From the NCBI GenBank assembly GCA_964035545.1, contig OZ037766.1, positions 29,080,640 to 29,144,639 of the forward strand: 64,000 nt of DNA, in the 5' to 3' direction. This DNA comes from Bugula neritina. Taxonomy: Eukaryota > Animalia > Bryozoa. This document shows positions 13,062 through 25,600 of this stretch, one piece after another. A model generated the notes under the pieces. It did no database searches. It had not been told where the DNA came from and saw only the letters and a program-made list of their open reading frames with translations. Positions within the stretch are counted from its first letter, which is position 1, and each line of letters starts with the position of its first letter. The translations under genes and the position numbers were made by a program.

Positions 13062-14962
13062 TCTGAGAGATATGCTCCTTGATTCTAAAAATACCAGACT
13101 TTTAGCACTGGGTGTGATAGCAAATTTATAAATAAATTTATGATAATATTTACTAATCAAACCAACAATTTTATAGTAATCTTTAGAGTTACAAGCAAAA
13201 GAGTTGCTTTAATTAAAGTAGAAGCAAAATTCAGACAGAACAATGTAAGTAACAAAACTTGTTATAACACAATGCATTAGAATTTAAAAAATATCTTTTG
13301 TAAAGTAAAATGAGGCATGACAAAATTAGCTATTGTATTTGATGAGAAGCTAAAAAACTTGAAAAGACACATTTCATATATCCTCTCGTCCCATCAGCTG
13401 CTGATAATTACTATTATCAATCTTGACCATTATGTTTTTCATAATTTCTTACTATCTCCATTTGTATAATATGTATTTATATTGTGAAGAGACTCGTGCA
13501 CAAAGTGATATGCTGATATATATTTTAAGATTTTCCAATTCCAATGTATATTTATATATTTATTATAAATAAAACTATTAATATACTATTTATTATTAGT
13601 ATTATCAATTGTGATTGAGATTAAGAAACAACCGTAAGAGCATCAGACTATGCAACAGCAGGCAATAGTATAGATTCTAGGTACTATTATAACTAAAACT
13701 CCACAACCATAATGCATAGCAAAGCTTTCGTTCCCAATATAGCTAGCTTTTTGCAAATAGCTAAGCTTTATGTCATTATAGGATAGACACTTTTATGTTT
13801 CTTGTTTATAAGACTACTTATAGGAGTTTGAATGAAAGTGAGCTGTAAGTTTTTGATGCTGTGTCATTCAATTTTGTGCCCACACTAATTTATTCTTACA
13901 ATAAATGCTATTAGACCACGTACAACTAACTACTACGTTACAAGGATGAACATTACTATAACTATGTAAGTATATATTATAGTAGTATGACCACCAAGAG
14001 CAACTATAAGTATAGCTAGTATTTGTATACAGCATAGGAGTGATTCCAGAAATTATTATGATTGTTATTTTCTATTAAATCATTATACCTTTACAAGTGT
14101 ATGCATAGCATCATCAGTGAGATTACATTTACTATAAGTAGCAGCAATAACAATAAGTACTAACTGTACAATATAATTAGTGTACTGGTGTTGTACTTTT
14201 ATTTACAGCCGTATCACTATCAGTGTCACTGATTAATAACTAAATGATATTAATATTATTAAAAATGACTTACACAAAACTCAAAAGTAAAATGTAATAA
14301 CTGTTAGCATCACTAATATTATTACTAATAACATGATTATACATATAGTTATGCTTTTATCTACTTCTACTTCTACTTATTACTTATACTTTATAGTACT
14401 AGTTTCATTTATACTTATTAATTACCTAATCCTATACTTCATGAGAAATGACAATTTATTAATTATTTTGCTCTACTATTATTAATACTAGAGTACTACT
14501 AGTAGTACTAGTAGTAGTCATAGTCATACTGATACGCATATTTAATTTTACAGTATAACACTAGCTTAATAAGCATACCAAATTATAATGTTATACTTAT
14601 TCTAAAACTAAAACCAGATCAAAACGTTTGATTTTATCGTTGTTATTATTAACTTTAGTAGAAGTATTTACTTTTAGCCTTAGGTTAAGGTAAATAAAAT
14701 ATAATTAATATTATTTTTTATATTATAAATATAATTATTATAATTATCGTTATTATTGTGATTTTTGATTGTGTTGCTAACACCACGAGTATGACTAACA
14801 CTAACAGTAACACTAACTCTAGTTTCTAAGAGTAAGTCTAAGTGATACTCATACTCATACTGATAACATTAACTGATAGTCATAGTGAATAGTATAAATT
14901 AAACTAAAATATACTTAATCTTATACTTATACTTATACTTATAGTTATAGTTATATATTTAC

Positions 14963-15720
14963 CAGAGGCAGTAAGAAATTTCGGGAAATTTCAAATAAGA
15001 ACGTTGTGATCTGTGGCTATAGTATAAACAAGCTTCAAATTAATTTTTAGATGACAAGTTGGCTAGTAATGATTGTGCTTGTGCGTAGAATATTTTGTGA
15101 ATCAAAATTGTGTCAACAACTACAAGCATCAATAATAGAAGAAAGAGTTGCTAGAGTAAAATGCTTTAGTGATTTCTATTGGATAATAAAAAACTAAACG
15201 TTCAATAAGCATTGTCTTAACGAAATATACAAAGATTTCTAAAGTAATAATTGGCTCGTTTTATTATAGCCCTAAGTTCACATGTGTGAATATTATAGGC
15301 CGAAAAGTATATTTTACGCATTAAAAAGTAACGTAAAATTATGGGGTATTTCAGGGTGCTTTGTACGTATTCTGTGATCTCTAAGTAGCGAGAATATCGA
15401 TAGAAGGAGCACAAAGTTGAGAGTGATTGCAAATAGTATACTCATCCTTGTCCGAAATCCAAATCCATGTACTCTAATCTCAAGAACTAATGTACTCATT
15501 GACAACTAGCTTAGTGCTGCTTTAAGCAATTTTTCAGTGAAACTCGATAACTTGTTCCAAAATCAAATTCAATGAGTTGGATTTGAAATCAACAAATTTA
15601 TAAATATATTGATGTTCTACTCAAAATAATAAAGAATAAAAATCGTAATGCAAAATATATTTAGTAACTAGCTTAATTAACGTGTTAGCCATGTTGGTTT
15701 TATTGCTGCGTAAAATGCTA
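14963..15720. promoter_or_regulatory. Putative bidirectional promoter and non-coding first exons of TXNDC9 (-) and the WD40 gene (+)
   Basis: Head-to-head genes. Minus-strand donor at 14961-14962, ATTGG (CCAAT) boxes near 15178 and 15250, and 6-bp-periodic tracts on both sides. Confidence 0.5.
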
Positions 15721-16374
15721 AATTAGCAATTATAATATTAATAATAATAATAATCATAACAGTGATAATGAAATATTAAATTAAAATTTAATATTACTAT
15801 TACTATTAGTATTAGTATTACTGTATTAGTATAGTGTATTAGTATTAGTCATTTAGTGCTAAATTTAATATGCAATTACAAATAATTATTATAGTTATCA
15901 TCATTATGATTATCGTCATGATTAGGCATAAAAATGAGCATTGATAATAATATTCACATGCATTTTAATGATAGCACACCTGCACAGATGATGTACTTAT
16001 ACTAATAGTAATACTCTTATACTTATAGTTATACTTATGCTTATACTAATAGTTATAGTAATACTAGTTGAGTATAACTTATAGTTATAGTTATAGCATT
16101 AAATTTAATAATTAGATTTAGCAATTTAAAGTAGTAAATTTCAATTTAGTTACACTTACAGTTGCTATCTCTGCTGATATTGAATAAGTTTGTTGATAAT
16201 TTTTACCCTAGAGCTAATTGTAGATTATACTATACTATTAGTATTATATTTACTGTATCTATTAGTATTTATTTATACTTATAGTGATGATAATAGTAAT
16301 AGTTGTAGTTATACCTCCTATGTCAGTAATAATTATTTAATAACTTAGTCATTATATTTACTTTTGGCTCCAGT

Positions 16375-19300
16375 ATGTCTAGTGTTAAGAATAAAACAAC
16401 CGAAAAAGAACAATTGACACCAGCGTCACATAATGATCACGATGCACTGTACCGGAAGATTCGTATTCTTAGAAAGAAGTTAAAGCAAGTTGAAAACTTA
16501 AAGCTTTTACCTAGAAAGTTGAATGAAGAAGAAACTCGTAAAGTTAGTAAGCTAAGGCTACTAAAAGTCTCTGTGTGCCTTCAGGATAATAGTTAATAGT
16601 CCAAGTTTATAGCTGCAAACTTATGCAAACCAGTTGTGTCATTCATGTATGTCAAAATCGTTTATTTCACTACTTTTTTTGTACAAGTCATTGATATACT
16701 TAGGAAGTTATCAGTGCCATAGCAAATTGAATAAAAATAAGTGATCAGGGCCTCTTTGATAGACTCCTGTTTCCAATGGGTGTATTACTATTACAGTAAT
16801 ATTACTTTCTGTCAAAGACAGCCCAATGCATGTAGTCATACTTTCAACTCTTTTCAGATTCAGAGACAAAATGAATTCAGAGTTGAATTGTTGGATCTGT
16901 TGGCGCAGCAGAATAATTTAATAACTGAAGCAGCTCCAGTTCTAGAAAAGACTCAAGATGTTGAGCCTCCAAGTCCACAGGTACTGAAGTTGCATTTATA
17001 CCTCTGCTAAAAAAAGTACCGAGTTTAAGTTAATAATGCTTGTCTGGGTACCCCATTATAGTCAAACTTAAAATCATTGAAATCATATTGATGCAGAAGC
17101 TCACTTTCTAAAATTGAAATTTGACTTGCCTAATCGCTATTTGATGCCCTTTGTAAACGTCGTGAATTAGTGAGATTGACAGCATAAAAGCGACAATTGA
17201 GAAGGCGTAGGCGATATAATTATTAACATATAAGTACGCCATTTAATCGTCAAAGTCATAACTAAATTACTCCTTTTGAGTAATATTCTGAAATCGGCCG
17301 ATTAAGTTATCACAGTACAAAAATTCCTACGAGTGGCTTTTACAATGCAATGCAACTCGGAGAAATTTCAACCCGGCTGAATTGAATTTCTGATCGAAAA
17401 TCTTGAAGGTATAAAGGCAACTTGAAGCAGTATTGACATAGAATAACTTTAAGGTGTTTTTTGTAAAAGTTGCAACATGTATTGTCTGGAAAAGCTGTAT
17501 TAAAATTTTGTCACTACAACTGTTGAATATAAAAGTATTAGATGTTTGGGAATTTTTATCATAAGTCTGCTAATAAAGTTGCTAATGCGAGATTTTTTTT
17601 TTAATTTAAGCACTTGAGTTACAATGTATGTTGAAAGTAGACTTATTGCATATTTGTTGCTGTAGCAATGTGTGAAACATTTCAGAAATTGCCCCCAAAG
17701 GATAAACAGTTAGAACCCAAGAAGAATCTTCAAAATGTCTTGAACTCAAAGTATGTTTTATCAAATTGGTTGACGTGCTTCTAGATATTTCTTCTGCTAT
17801 AAGTTTTGCTTATAGTCTGCTGTTCAAGCTGCAGTTTCTAATCTAAATGTGGATAACAATTGTCAGTCTAAATTGGAAAGGTGTGACTGTGCTACTGATT
17901 TTACTGCTGGGGATGCATATTTCATTTTGTGAGTAAAACTAATGTGAATGAAACTTCTAATTACAGTGACTTGATAGAACTTATGGGTAATGTAGACTTT
18001 TTTGTGATGACTAGAAGCCATGTCAATATGCTCCTAACACTTGAATAAGTTTCTCCAAATCTTTGGCTATAGCTGCTGGATTTATACTTGAATTAAAATA
18101 AGTTGACTTATTTGTAAGTTATTTTTGCAATAATTTGAATATTTAGTCACCATAAATTATGTGCATTTCATAGACTTTGAAATTTGTATGTGACAGAGGA
18201 GACAGTGAAAGCAGATCAGATGTGAAAGTTAGTCCTGCACCTTCTGCAAGTAAGCAGGTAGAATCCAAAGTGAGCAAACCAGATCCGTTACAGGACATCA
18301 AAAAGGAATGGGCTACAAAATACTTTGAACTTTTAGAGCTGCCTGGACATACTGATCTGGTATTGTGTGTAGATATCAATGCGACCTATATTGTGTCTGG
18401 CAGGTGAGTTATGTAGACATCAATGTACTGCTGAATTTTTTTTTAAATATTTAAAATCAGTAGTTTTTTAACTCAGGAATACTTGCTGTTACGTACTATC
18501 AAGCTATTTGTAGCAATATTTATGGAATGTCTCTAATGTATAATTTAATTTTTTCCAGTCGTGATACATCAGTGAAACTTTGGAATGTTTTGTCTGGAGA
18601 GCTCATACACAACTTCGGAGGTCATACTGGTTTTGTTTCCTGCGTAAAACTGTTGGAGCTTTCTAGTGAGTTGAAAACTCTTTAATATACAGTCAACTAT
18701 TTCTACAAGTCCTGGTGGGAATCGCTTAATTTTTATGAACCAAAAAAAAGAAAAGAACTAAGCATTGATAGGTTGAAAATTCAAATTGCTTAAACATTCA
18801 AATATGTAATATATAATAAATAAATAGTTTATAGGTTAGTTTTTAGGAAGTCCAGAACATTTACTTAAAATGCTGTCATTTTTCTTGCATGTTTGTAGTT
18901 TTTTTTAAATGAAATATATCTGCATTTAAAAACAAGTAGCAAAATGTTAGTTGAAATTAATTCAAATATTTTGAAAGTTTCTTTTCGTTAAATCCTTGGC
19001 ATAGCATGGTTTTAATTAACTTTTCACATTAGAATATTAAAAAATGTAAGGTAATGGCCAATGTTTATAAACAATAATATAAAATAATATTAATAAAAAG
19101 TGCTTTGGGAGAAATTCTCACATGACACCTTTTCATCTCTACTTTTTGTTTTTCAAACAGATGAAAATTCAGGTGATGTGAAGAGTGTTATAGCGAGTGG
19201 CAGTCATGACTGTTCCATAAAGTTCTGGGATGTACATACAGGTAAGGCACAATATTACTACATACAGGTAATATACAGTATTACTATATACAGGTAATAT

Positions 19301-21395
19301 ACAGTATTACTATATACAGGTAATATACAGTATTACTACATACAGGTAATATAGAATATTACTACATACAGAGTATGGGTAATATACAGTATTACTACAT
19401 ACAGGTAATATACAATATTACTACATACAGAGTACGGGTAATATACAGTATTACTACATACAGGTAATATACAATATTACTACATACAGAGTACGGGTAA
19501 TATACAATATTACTACATACAGAGCACAGGTAATATACAGTGTTACTGCATACAAAATAAAGTAATATACAGTGTTACTACCTGCAGAATACATGTAAAG
19601 AGCACTGCTTGTGCTTTCTGTTTTATTATGCCACTATTGTTTTGTCATGCAGAAATTGTAAAAATTGAAATAAATATCAAATTAGCATTTCAGTTCTAAA
19701 ATTTTTTGCTGTTTCAAAATATTTTCAGCTGTTGACTTGAGACTATAGTTTGCTTCTTATTGTGGAGTTTATGTGCTGCTTTTCTATCCTAATCGGCAGA
19801 CTGTCCTATATTTTACATGTAGTCTACCCACGTCACTTTGTAACTGACATTATCTCTTGTGTCATTCTTATTTAGGTAGTCTGATAAAGGAGTTCTACGT
19901 GTACAACTCTGTATTATGTATGACAACCATGAACGAGGGAAAGTATCTAGTGGCAGGTCTAGACGGAGGTAAAATGGAGCTCTATAACATCAACACTGGT
20001 ATCACACCCGCCTTGTCTTACAGTATTGAAACTGAGGCTATTTCCTGTCTGTCAGTGAGTATCTATTATTTCCAACAATTGTTTGTTGGTTTTCTTTCAA
20101 AAATTTATCCAATTTTGTTTGCGTTGTCTATAGGCTTGCACTATTTATAACATTTGTGAGGATTTTTAGTGTGATGGGAATAGCCTAGCTGTGGGAGGCA
20201 GCGATGGTCTAGTCACCATCTTAAAGTTTGAAGAAGATGCCTTTCAGTGTCTGTACTCCCTCGATGAACCTCTAGCTAGTCCCGTGAAAAGTATCTCGTT
20301 GGTAGGAAATGATGTAATTCTCGGTGATGATGGTGCCAATATAAAAGTGCTGCGCTGGAAATCAGGTGCACATAATTCAACTGTTTGTGCAATCTCAATA
20401 CTTATAAATTTATGGTATGAAAAAGCACGATGCACGTAGCAAAAGTTGCACAACTCTTTTCAGTAGCATGCATTTTGCAGTTGGACTTTCAGACTTTTGT
20501 ATAGGTTATATTAGAGTTGATGCTCACCTCTGATTGGCTGAGCTTTACGTGATTGTTAACTACAAGTTAGCACTATAATAATGTACTACCTGTTCATAGG
20601 CAATGTTTCTTGCTTGGCCAATCACCATTCAGAGTTTGGTGTGACCGATGCTCTATGCAAACATGGGAATTATCTACTCTCTTCAGCTTATGACTATGAC
20701 AATGGTACTGGATATCTTAATGGTAAGTTAAACTATTCATCATTTGTGCTATCCGCTTTTTTGATTTTAAGAAAACCTATTACAAGAGTAAGCGATGCCT
20801 ATCACTGCATTGGAAATTGTAATATATTTTATAGTTTCAATGAGAGTTCATTGGCAAAACCTAATTGATGTTCACTTATTTGTTTAATTTACAGTTCGAG
20901 ATAGAAATGGGCCTCAGTATAGTTATATATCCTCAATACTAGATCCTGATATCACTCACATACTTAGTTTGGCAGCTGTGACCTTGACCAGCAGTCAAGG
21001 TCATAAGCCATTGATGTCACTAGTAACTGGGGGAATGATATTGGTGCTTTGGAGAGAAGATCCATCAAGGTATATTTATGGAAATAGTGAAGTTGTGAGA
21101 GGTTGAAAGTATTTTTGCAAGTTCAAGTGTTACTTGTTCTAATAAATATACACTATTGTACCAACTTAACAATGCTCATGCATCATGTTGTAAATATCCA
21201 ATCAAAAGTATAATTATTTTCAGAAACGCTGAAAGTGTCAAGTGTATTAACAAAAGACTTCTACTAGCTGAGGATGAAATGGATTCTGATAACGAAGATT
21301 CAGATTTAGAAGACAACTCTGACTTGTCATTTGATGATAGTCTAGAAAGTGATTTAGCAGAGAATGCTAGTGGCTGGTGGTGCAACCTTCTGTAA
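16375..21395 (+). CDS. WD40-repeat protein (~531 aa) with an N-terminal PYM/eIF2A-C-like basic helix, an acidic tail and a CaaX box (CNLL)
   Basis: Exons 16375-16542, 16858-16980, 17686-17750, 18197-18403, 18559-18665, 19161-19241, 19876-20054, 20170-20365, 20600-20722, 20895-21069, 21224-21395, all phase-consistent. WD repeats include GHTDLVLCV..IVSGSRDTSVKLWN and GHTGFVSCV..IASGSHDCSIKFWD. Confidence 0.88.
19232..19590 (+). repeat. ~26-bp minisatellite (tacatacaggtaatatacagtattac)n that copies the exon end and splice donor
   Basis: The first unit is the exon 6/intron junction TACATACAG|gtaa. Later units retain ACAGgtaa. Confidence 0.93.
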
Positions 21396-22605
21396 TCTAT
21401 CAATATGTGTATTAGTAATATTGTACTTAGCATAACTAGTGCTTCATCCATCATTAATTAAATTATATTCTAAAAAGCTACACAAATGTCCTAACCAGTG
21501 TAGTTTAAAGTTTTTTCCTTACAAAAATTAGTTTCAATGTACTTATTCTTTTCATTAGTGCTGGAGGTAGTGATGTTTTCTACAACTTTTTCAAGATGCA
21601 AAGAAAGGTTGTTCGTTCAACTTCATTTTTCCTACATGTTATAGCATAGTTTACTCTAATGCTTATTTTTTCTATTAAATTCTTCTTTTCATAGAGTCTC
21701 ATTAGTGCAAATATTTTATAATCAGTAATATTTAAACCAGAATTCATGTTCAATTCTGTTTCATACTTTGATTACTATTTAATTATATTATCTTTGGTTA
21801 GCTAACGCGGATTTGTACAGCCAAATATTGTTTTTTTTTGTCTGACTTGTATTAACCGAGAAACAGGTGCTAAAATAAAGATAGAAAGTAAGCAAACAAC
21901 AATTTTAATGAAACAAAATATTGGTCAGCGTCAGATGTAACTGAAAGGATAATTATGACAGATTCAGGAATGTTTTGTTAATACATCAGTATGCTGTAGA
22001 GAAGACAAGTCCTACATTGATGGTCACGTAGACAGAAAATGACCAGTCTGAGAGTAGCAGTCCAACTGGAAGCCATTGAGTAGTAATCATATCATTAATA
22101 CGTCTTCATTAGATTCTTATATATGGCGGACGGATATGTGTTATTTGAGATCTGAGCAGCCTGCAAGTGTTGGCGTGGGATACTGTGTATCTCTGTTTGG
22201 TGCCAAGAGTTGTCTTCACCCACTGAGTCTATCACTGGAAAATTTTGTCATCTTGGCAAACTAGTATTCTGAAAGATAGTTTCATACTAGAATAGTTGTA
22301 TATAATATCCAGCTTTCATAAACATAATGTGGTCATTTAATTCGATGACAGCTGAATGAGGTACAAGCATATTATTAGCTCATAAAACAGCAACATTCCA
22401 CATGCTATAACTATATGAAAAGCTTTGGTTATCTAAAATATAGATACCCTTCAACTAAAAAGACTCACAATATCTTGACATAAACCACTATGCGGTCAGT
22501 CTTACTACTAGTTACTATTACCAATAACATCATTTTATTAGTATTGTGGCACTTACTGAGAGTAAAATGCTATAATCCTGTTGCACTCTGTCAAGTGAAG
22601 GTAGG

Positions 22606-25600
22606 TTACTGGCCACCAGCTCCTTCCTACAGTGAAATAGAACCTCACAGTCAGTATTACAGTGCAACTTAACATACATACACACATTATATTAAAATGG
22701 TCTAGACACATACACACTTGCACTTTCTATTTTAAATCAAGATAATCTGGTTGCAATAATTTGAGTTGTATCCTAAATCATTAAAAAGAAATAATATATT
22801 CATATTATACATACACTAGTTTCTCCAGTGATTGGGTTGTAGGAGCCTGAAAACAATAAAAGCAAGATTATTCAGAGTGTATTTGAGTAAAGGCATTAGC
22901 TACACATCATACTCTATGAAAACATCAAAGGCTGTTACTATATAAAAATACTAATTGCCTACCATCCTATCCATAAGCAGAGCAAAAATACTTATAAAAT
23001 ACTATTTAAGTAAAATCAAGTTTTAGTTAAGAAAGTCGCAAAAAGTACCGCAAGTACCAAAAAAACTTTGATATCGCTGATATAATCTCTAGAAGCGCTG
23101 AAAGGCAATTTTGCAAGCGCTGATAGGCACTTCTTAGGTTCACGTTGAATAAAATAAATTTCAATTTATAGATAGCAGGCGCTATAGTCAGCAAGCTGTA
23201 CTGAAGTGAAACATAAAGCGTGGACATTTGAGCAGTAAGCCAGCCGACCTGTTAAAGAGCATCATATCAAAATTAGGAGTTGTTTTATCATACTATGCTT
23301 GCAAATGTTCTGCCCATCAATGGCTGTGCTGCAAAGACTTAATAGCGCGTGCACTTGGTGAAAAATAATATGACAAAACAATAAACCAACAAGCACTTTT
23401 AGTGCTTATCTCCCCTCTATTTATTATATATGTGCTGATACTCCCGAGTGACAGAAGTAGCAGATAGATTAGCTGGACTCTTATTTAAGGTATTGTCAGT
23501 AGCGCACGCAGCTGCCAAAATGTTCAACTAACTAACACATTAGCCTGACCTGATTTTGTAGAAGCATGATTGCCAAATCTAGACCTATGCTGAGGTTGAT
23601 CTGTGGATGCGTCAAAGTTGGAGTACGCCTCCCAAGTGACAGGGTTATGGGTAGAAACTATGTGCCACCACCAAGGGAAACAGATACATGTTAGCAACAG
23701 ACAAACTTCGTGCAGCAGTAGAGACATATAGATACAGTGCACAAAGGAGAGACATGCAGTGGTAAGTAGAAACCCTTATTAGAGCATCCCATTGGCTGAG
23801 CTACACAGAGGCATGATTTTATTTGGTAAGAATATAACCACTTCATCGCCATAGTAGGCTATACAGACATTACAAAAGGTGTAGCTTGGCATTTCAGTAT
23901 TTGTACAGTAGAAGAAATAAGCAGACAAAACATTTTTAATGCAAAATGTACAAAGATAACTATTATATGGGCTTACTGTATTACCAAACGAGCAACATGC
24001 AGAAATAACAGTATGGAAATTGTTCCTCTACGCATAGCATTTGTTATATAGTTCTAACATGCATTGTGCATAAGTCAGGTAGTTTTAGAAAAGACTGCAT
24101 ATAAAAAAGCAAACATGCTTGAGTAATGAGTGTTAGAGTGTAAGCTCATCAGACAAGCAGCAGCACACAGCAACTCATGCTGACAGAGAACTAACACCCT
24201 CAGTCTAGTCTACAAGAGAATCCTAGAGCTGCTACTACCTTGCTGTGAAGACCGAGCCCCATGGCCTCGAGATTTGAGAGGAATGTCAACATCATCCAAT
24301 GAGAGACCTGCTATGTTTTGATGAGAATTTGTCCAATGAAGAGGGTCGTAAGAGTGTGCTGATGGTGGAGATTTAAGGAAGGTGATGAGATTAGTATGAA
24401 GAGTAGAAAAGTTATGAGCTTAGACGTAGAATAAGATAAGATAGGTGTCTTAATATTGTTTAGTCACTAAGGTAATGTAACCTTATGATTTATAAAATTT
24501 ATCTTTGCAAAAAGGAAGTTAATATTTTGATTTATCTACTATTTTTATATAAAGTTATGAGTTATCAGTAAGATTATGATGCATAGAATGATTATCTGAT
24601 AAAAAGGTAGACTATTATATGATTGTGAATTTTAAAGGAGACAGGTAAGAGATGACAGCACCTACATAAACTAAATCTAATACTAAATTTAGCCAGAGAT
24701 AGCGTAGTGTTGAGTTACCAGGATGAATGTCAAAGCATTTGATGGTTGAACATGGTACAACTGGGACGCCTTCACCTGTTAGTGGATTTCGATATTCTGC
24801 ATAGTAAAGAAGAAACTGAGTTTTTTGTATCACTTCTAACAAATTTACAACAAGAGGCAAACTTATAGATATAATTAATTTATTTTTTCTTCCCATATAA
24901 CTTTTAAGCAATATATAGAGCTTTATGGCCATAGTGAACTTATAGACCCATATATGCTTAAAACATGCCCTTGTAAATTAAGATAAGTTATGATACTAGA
25001 AACAGCAAATTCAAAAAATTTTCAGTTCCGAAATTACCTTTTGCATCCAACTCTGGCAAACTAGTGCTGCTAGTTACCGTGTCAGGGCCAGGAGATGGTG
25101 CAAGTGGTAGGATGCTGTCTTTAGTACGAGGATGAGGAGACAACTGCGGGTGAGGTGAAGGTGACATTGGTATTATACATTCTGGTGGCTGGTAGTTATT
25201 AGTGCTAGAACTAGGAAGGTTTTTAGAGGAGAGAGGGCAGGTTGGTAGTATGCCCAGATCTGGTGTGTAGTTTTTGTGGAGCACAGGCTGAGGTGAAGGA
25301 GAAGGAGGAAGAAAAGGAGATGACCATGTGATGGGGCTTTCTCTTACAGCAAGACAGTTGTTAGTAGCTACTGTTTGGGAATACACACTAGTGTCTGTGT
25401 CTACTAGAGAAGAAATGAATATGTGCAAACACATTAGGATAATCTCAACATGCATGAAATTATTAGCTCAATCTTTCATCAGCTATTTGTTTTTAACGAA
25501 ATTGTAGACACGGAAGCATTTGCTACTGTCTAATGTTGTAGAAAAGGAGTGAAATCTACAAAAATTACAGTCAACTCTTCCGCTATCAAACACAACGCGT

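Noticed and set aside
13062-13160. N-terminal extension of TXNDC9 in the ORF track
   Set aside because: It crosses a likely splice acceptor (~13084), and family similarity starts at MEQVLEQQ.
17100-17420. CpG-richer intronic patches (also ~23040-23350, ~26380-26640, ~51170-51370) as possible TEs
   Set aside because: No TIRs, TSDs, coding motifs or second copies were found by eye. A repeat-library search is needed to classify them.
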